Position numbers and translations under genes: made by a program. From Ruditapes philippinarum (lineage: Eukaryota): DNA of 58,361 nucleotides. The stretch is taken from positions 62,001 through 120,361 of the forward strand of contig NW_026859270.1 of the NCBI RefSeq assembly GCF_026571515.1, in the 5' to 3' direction. Positions 52,560 to 58,361 of the stretch are shown piece after piece. Under the pieces are notes generated by a model. The model was not told the origin of the DNA. It saw only the letters and a program-made list of their open reading frames with translations, and did no database searches. How positions within the stretch are numbered: position 1 is the stretch's first letter; each line of letters starts with the position of its first letter.

Positions 52560-53784
52560 TTATTTCCCAACAATAGGACTTGTATAGTTTTCATACAACA
52601 AAAATCCAGAAAAGATGCTATGTCCATGACCATAGAACGACTTGTCAGACACCAGGTTTTGTACTGTAACATCATCTCCTTTTTGAAGCTGAAGAACAAT
52701 AGTTTGGCCTGTGGTATCATTTCCGGACTCTACACCACTTACGTACATTGTTGTGATTGCTTTTCCATTTTTGACAAATTGAGCATTGCCACTGACATGG
52801 AAGAATGAAACAAGCGTCGTAGAGAACACGTATGTTCCTGACACTGGAGCAACGAATGATCCTAGATGCGGATTGTACCCATTTCCAATATTTGTCACGA
52901 CATTTTCAAAAATAAAAGGTTGATGAACGCCAGCATGTTCTAAATGATTTTCCATCTTGGCGAAAAAGGCGACTTGTGTTTCAGGTTCTTGTCTCCTTAT
53001 CCTATTTATGTGTTGGCCTATAAAGAATTAAAAAGAAACATTTCATTTCGACCTTAATCTTATTTAACTTGATTAAATATAGACTTAGTTCGATGCAAAT
53101 GTCACTAAAAATAAACAAAAAAGTGCTTCAATTACACTTTCAATGTGTTGCAACTTATGATTACGTTGAATAACAAAAAAACAATACTTATATAGACATA
53201 ATTTTACCTTTTTATTGCAATTTATCCTGACAAAAATGTAGAAAATATACCATTTTCTCTGTTGGCATCGGTCTCCACTTCGGCTTCAACTGTTGTTGCC
53301 TTTTCTCCTCTTCTTTGCATTCTCTTTCTATGGTTCACAGTCAGTCGCCTAATTAGATTTTCCAAATGGATGGTACGTTTATGTTGGACTTGCATCTTAT
53401 TTTCCAAGCTGGCAATTTGCACCTTTTGAAGTTGGTCTTGTGAACTTAATGTATCCACTTTAAGCAGAAGCTCTTGAATTACACCTTCATATATATCCAA
53501 CCGTTTTAGAATAGCAGCTTCTGTTTCTATAAATAAATAAATAAATAAATAAATTGATGAGTTAAACGTAAAAATGATTATTTCAATTACAACTAATAAA
53601 ATGTACACATATTTGGCTTCGAGTCTTGTGAGAAGGGCAAAAACATATCACATTCCTTAATTAAACTTTAAATAATTTTTATCATTATACTTCCTTTCGA
53701 TAAAATTCTTTTTTGTTTCTTACCAGTTTCAGTCTTTGCCATCCCAAATAGAATAACACTGAGTATTATATACACCAGAAACAT
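52560..53784 (-). CDS. C1qDC type C copy 2 (intact, ~264 aa)
   Basis: Exons 53784-53724, 53526-53251, 53017-52560; paralogue of 23301-24533. Confidence 0.92.
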
Positions 53785-54741
53785 TTTCTCTTCTATTTTC
53801 ATTAGAGCAATACTTCATAAAAATTGCTAAAATTACAATATTGTGTTCACATATAGATACGAAATGAGGTCAGTGGCATGTAGTATGTCTTGCATATATA
53901 AGTGAATGCGACGTAGTTTTAAATCACTAGTATACGATTTTAAAGTATACGATCTAAAATTGGAAAGGATTTTTTTATCTTCAAAATATAGAAATGACTT
54001 AATGCCTCGGTCAATACATTGTGTTGTAATTTTAGTCATATGCTACATAGTATACATGCATACAATTCTAAAATTGAAAAATTAGTTTTATCATATGAGT
54101 GTCAGTATCAAAGTCATTGTTTCTATAATTATGTCAGTCCTTCACAACAGGTAATCTAATCGAATGAGAAAAACAGATTTTACAAGTTACGAGCTTTCCA
54201 AACTATTATTGAGAGTCCATTAATTTGATTAGAAAAATTGGAATGTCCGTGAGAATGTTAAAAAAGATTCACTGAATTTGATAAGTAATTATTTAAATGG
54301 CCGTGAGAATGTTTAAAATATTATTTTGAATTAAGGTATTACCATCCTAATGCCTTACCTCCACTTTGAAGAGTATTCAAATAGGTTAGAACTACTGTTA
54401 ACTACATTGAAAATGAGGGCCATGGGTTCAAACCTCTAATGGGTCAACTTTTTCTTTCTTTTTTTTCTTTTAACATTATTTATGTTTCTTTCCATCCATT
54501 TTGGGTAGAAAAAAGTGTTTATTTTTTATTATTTATTTTCCTACTTAGGGAGCCAACAAATTCCTTAAAAATTACCCGAATGAGTGCCTGTTTTCAAAGT
54601 TTTCCTAAATTTTCAAAAAAGTATATTGGTTGATCTTCTAAAATATTACATACTTTTACCGTCTTGTTTTGATTTTATTACGCTTTGAACATATCAGGTA
54701 CCATATCTATAACTAGATTTAGCATTATTTAGCCAATCAAT

Positions 54742-57700
54742 AAATAGCTGGCAAGTGGCCTAGTCATGCGGAGATCTCATGGACGTGTTCTTTGGGTTAG
54801 GGCTTTAGCCCTTATCATGTTCAAAGAAGACCCTCTCTAGTAATACAAAATCTAATTTGCAACGGAAATGATCAAATGGTATTTTGAATGGTAGGCTCGT
54901 GAATATGATGTTTCTTCCCGAAATTTACATAGAGAAAGAACAAATCGCCGGTACAAAAAATGACCAAGCCACGCGGAAATCTCCTGCACATATAACTTGG
55001 GTTAGGGCTTTAGGCCTTTTCATGCTCAAAGGAGACCCTCTCAAGTTGTACAAAATTAAATTTGCAACGGAAATGATCAAATGGTTTTTGAATGGTTGGC
55101 TCGTAAATATGATGTTTCTTCCCGAAAATTACATAGAGAAAAAACAAATCGCCGGTGCAAAAAATGACCAAGCCACGCGGAAATCTCCTGGACATATTAC
55201 TTGGGTTAGGGCTTTAGGCATTTTCATGTGTAAAAGAAGACCCTCTCTAGTTATACAAAATCGAATTTGCATTTGAATTGGTCAAATGCCTTTTGAACGG
55301 TTAGCTAGTAAAATTGATGTTTCTTCCGAAATTTATATACAGAAAAAGCAAATAGCTGGCAAGTGACCTAACCATGCAGAGATCTCATGGACGTGTTCTT
55401 TGAGTTAGGGCCTTAAGCTTTATCATGTGCAAAGAAGACCCTCTCAAGTTGTACAAAATAAAATTGATTTGAAACGGAATTGATCAAATGGTTTTTGAAT
55501 GGTAGGCTCGTGAATATGATGTTTCTTTTCGAAATTTACATAGAGAGAGAACAAATCGCCGGTGCAAAAAAAAGACCAAGCAACGCGGAAATCTCCTGGA
55601 CATATTTCTTGGGTAAGGGCTTTAAGCTTTTTCATGTGTCCAAAATTTATATACAGAAAAAGCAAATGGCTGGCAAGTGACCTAGCCATGCAGAGATCTC
55701 ATGGACGTGTCCCTTGGGTTAGGGCTTTAAGCCTTATCACGTGCAAAGAAGACCCTCTCAAGTTGTTCAAAATCAAATTGCAACGGAATTGCTCAAACGG
55801 TGTTTGAATGGTAGGCTCGTGAATATGATGTTTCTTCCCAACATTCACATAGAGAAAGAACAAATCACAGGTGTAAAAATGACCAAGACACGCGGAATTC
55901 TCCTGGACATATTACTTTGGTTAGGGCTTTAGGCCTTTTCATGTTCAAAGATCGTCTCAAGTTGTACAAAATCAAATTTGCAACGGAATAAATCTAAGGC
56001 TTTTTGAATGGTAGGCTCGTGAATATGATGTTTTTCTCGAAATTTACATAGAGAAAAAACAAACCGCCGATGCAAAAAATGACCAATCCTCGCGAAAATC
56101 TCCCGGACATATTACTTGGGTTAGGGCATTGAGCCTTTTCATATCCAAAGAAGACCCTCTCTAATGGTACAAAATCGATTTGCATTGGAATTGGTCAAAT
56201 TGCTTTTGAACGGTAGGCTCGTAATTTTCTGTTATTTATGAATTATTATACAGAAAAAGCAAATCGCTGGCAAGTGACCTAGCCATGCGGAGTTCTCATG
56301 GACGTGTTCCTTGGGTTAGGGCTTTAAACCTTATCAAGTGCAAAGAAGACCTTCTCAAGTTGTACAAAATCAAAATTGCAGCGGAATTGATCAATGCTTT
56401 TTTAATTGTTGGCTCGTGAATATAGTGTTCTTTTCCGAAATTTACATAGAGAATAAACAAATCGCCGATGCAAAAAATGACCAATCTACGCGGAAATCTC
56501 CTAGACATATTACTGGGGTTAGGGCATTAGGCCTTTTCATGTCCAAAGAAAACCCTCTCTAGTGGTACAAAATCGATTTGCATTGGAATTGGTCAAATGG
56601 CTTTTGAACGGTAGGCTCGTAAAATTAATGTTTTTTTTCCCCAAAATTCATATACAGAAGAAGCAAATCGCTGGCAAGTGACCTAGCCATGCGGAGATCT
56701 CATGGACGTGTTCCTTGGTTTAGGGGTTTAAGCGTTATCATTTGCCAAGGAAACCCTCTCAAATTGTACAAAATTAAATTTGCAACGGAATTGATCAAAT
56801 GGTTTTTGAATGGTAGGCTCGTGAAAAAGATGTTTCTTCCCGAAATTTATATAGGGAAAGAACAAATCGCCGGTGCAAAAAAATGACCAAGACACGCGGA
56901 AATCTCCTGGAAATATTAGTTGGGTTAGGGCTTAAGGCCTTTTTATGTGCAAAGAAGACCCTTTTTACCAGTACAAAATCGAATTTGCATTGGAATTGGT
57001 CAATGGCTTTTGAACAGTAGGCTCGTAAAATTGATGTTTTTTTTTTCCGAAATTTATATAAAGTAAAAGCAAATCGCTGGCATGTGACCTAGCCATGCAG
57101 AAATCCCATGGACGTGTCCCTTGAGTCATTGGGTTAAGGCTTTAAGCCTTATCATGTGCAAAGAAGACCCTCTCTAGTTGTACAAAATTGAATTTGAATT
57201 GGAATGGGTGAAATGGCTTTTGAACGGTAGGCTCGTAAAATTGACGTTTTTTTCCGAAATTTATATACTGGAAAGCAAATCGCTGGCAAAATGCGGAGAT
57301 CTCATTGACGTGTTCCTTTGGTTAGGGCTCTAAACCTTATAATGTGCAAAGAAGACCCTCTCAAGTTGTACAAAATCAAATTTGCAACGGAATTGATCAA
57401 ATGGTTTTTGAATGGTAGGCTCGTGAATATGATGTTTCTTTTCGAAATTTACATAGAGAGAGAACAAATCGCCGGTGCAAAAAATAACGAAGCCCCGCGG
57501 AAATCTCCTTGACATATTACTTGGGTTAGGGCTTTAGGCCTTTTCATGTGCAAAGAAGACCCTCTCTTGTTGTACAAAATCGAATTTGCATTGGAATTGG
57601 TCAAATGGCTTTTAAACGGTAGGCTTGCAAAATTGATGTTTTTTCCTAAATTTATATACAGAAAAACCAAATCGCTGACAAATGACCGAGCCATGCGGAG

Positions 57701-58361
57701 ATCTCATGGACATATTCCTTGGGTTAAGGCTTTAAGCTTTATCATGTGCAAAGAAGTCCCTCTCAAGTTGTACAAAATCAAATTTGCAACGGAATTGATC
57801 AAATGATTTTTGAATGGTAGGCTCGTGAATATGATTTTTCTTCCCGAAATTTACATAGAGAAAGAACAAATCGCCGGTGCAAAAAATGACCAAGCCATAC
57901 GGACATCTCCTGGACATATTACTTGGGTTAGGGCTTTAGGCCTTTTCATGTGCAAAAAAGACCATCTCTAGTTGTACAAAATCGAAATTGCATTGGAATT
58001 GGTCAAATGGCTTTTCAACGGTAGGCTCGTAAAATTGGTGTTTTTTTTCCGACATTTATATACAGAAAAAGCAAATCGCTGGCAAATGACCTAGTCATGC
58101 GGAGATCCCATGGACGTGTTCCTTGGGTTAGGGCTTTAAGCCTTTTCATGTGCAAAGAAGACCCTCTCAAGTTGTACAAAAATCAAATTTGCAACGGAAT
58201 TGATCAACTGTTTTTTGACTAGTAGGCTCGTGAATATGATGTTTCTTTTCGAAATTTACATATAGAAAGAACAAAACGCCTGTGCAAAAAATAACGAAGC
58301 CACGCGGAAATCTCCTGGACATATTACTTTGTTTAGGGCTTTAGGCCTTTTCATGTTCAAA
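54742..58361. repeat. ~204-bp satellite array with two monomer subtypes, each with GGGTTAGGG; runs off the window
   Basis: ttgggttagggcttta recurs at 54792, 54997, 55201 and onward; roughly 18 monomers. Confidence 0.95.

Noticed and set aside
54884-57917. Many similar short ORFs
   Set aside because: Satellite monomer translations with inconsistent frames.

Overview
Eukaryotic, AT-rich, intron-containing DNA with three N-gaps, most likely from a bivalve mollusc (inferred from gene family and repeat types). The window is a tandem array of minus-strand, three-exon C1q-domain (C1qDC) genes: exon 1 signal peptide, exon 2 coiled coil, exon 3 globular C1q head, all introns phase 1. There are three paralogue types (A, B, C), interleaved with a duplicated ~3 kb non-coding spacer X, in the order A B X A' B X C | X A B X A B X C, ending in a ~204-bp satellite. 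Of ten loci, five look intact, two have altered C-terminal tails and three are damaged (an 11-bp frameshift; an exon-2 deletion plus 1-bp frameshift; an orphan exon 1). All heads are preceded by an RIRR furin-type site. Because the spacers are multi-copy, insertions can be read against empty paralogous sites: a Tc1 relic, SINEs, MITEs and hairpin-ended elements. The most unusual signal is a 283-nt-period, 1.4-copy insertion at 9176-9578 that is densely base-paired on the + strand. It shares a covarying stem/pseudoknot/hairpin motif with a diverged, independently inserted element (7315-7461, 26313-26482). This is a candidate uncharacterised structured RNA, possibly a ribozyme, in a retrozyme- or Penelope-like element. 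All alignments and folds were done by eye.
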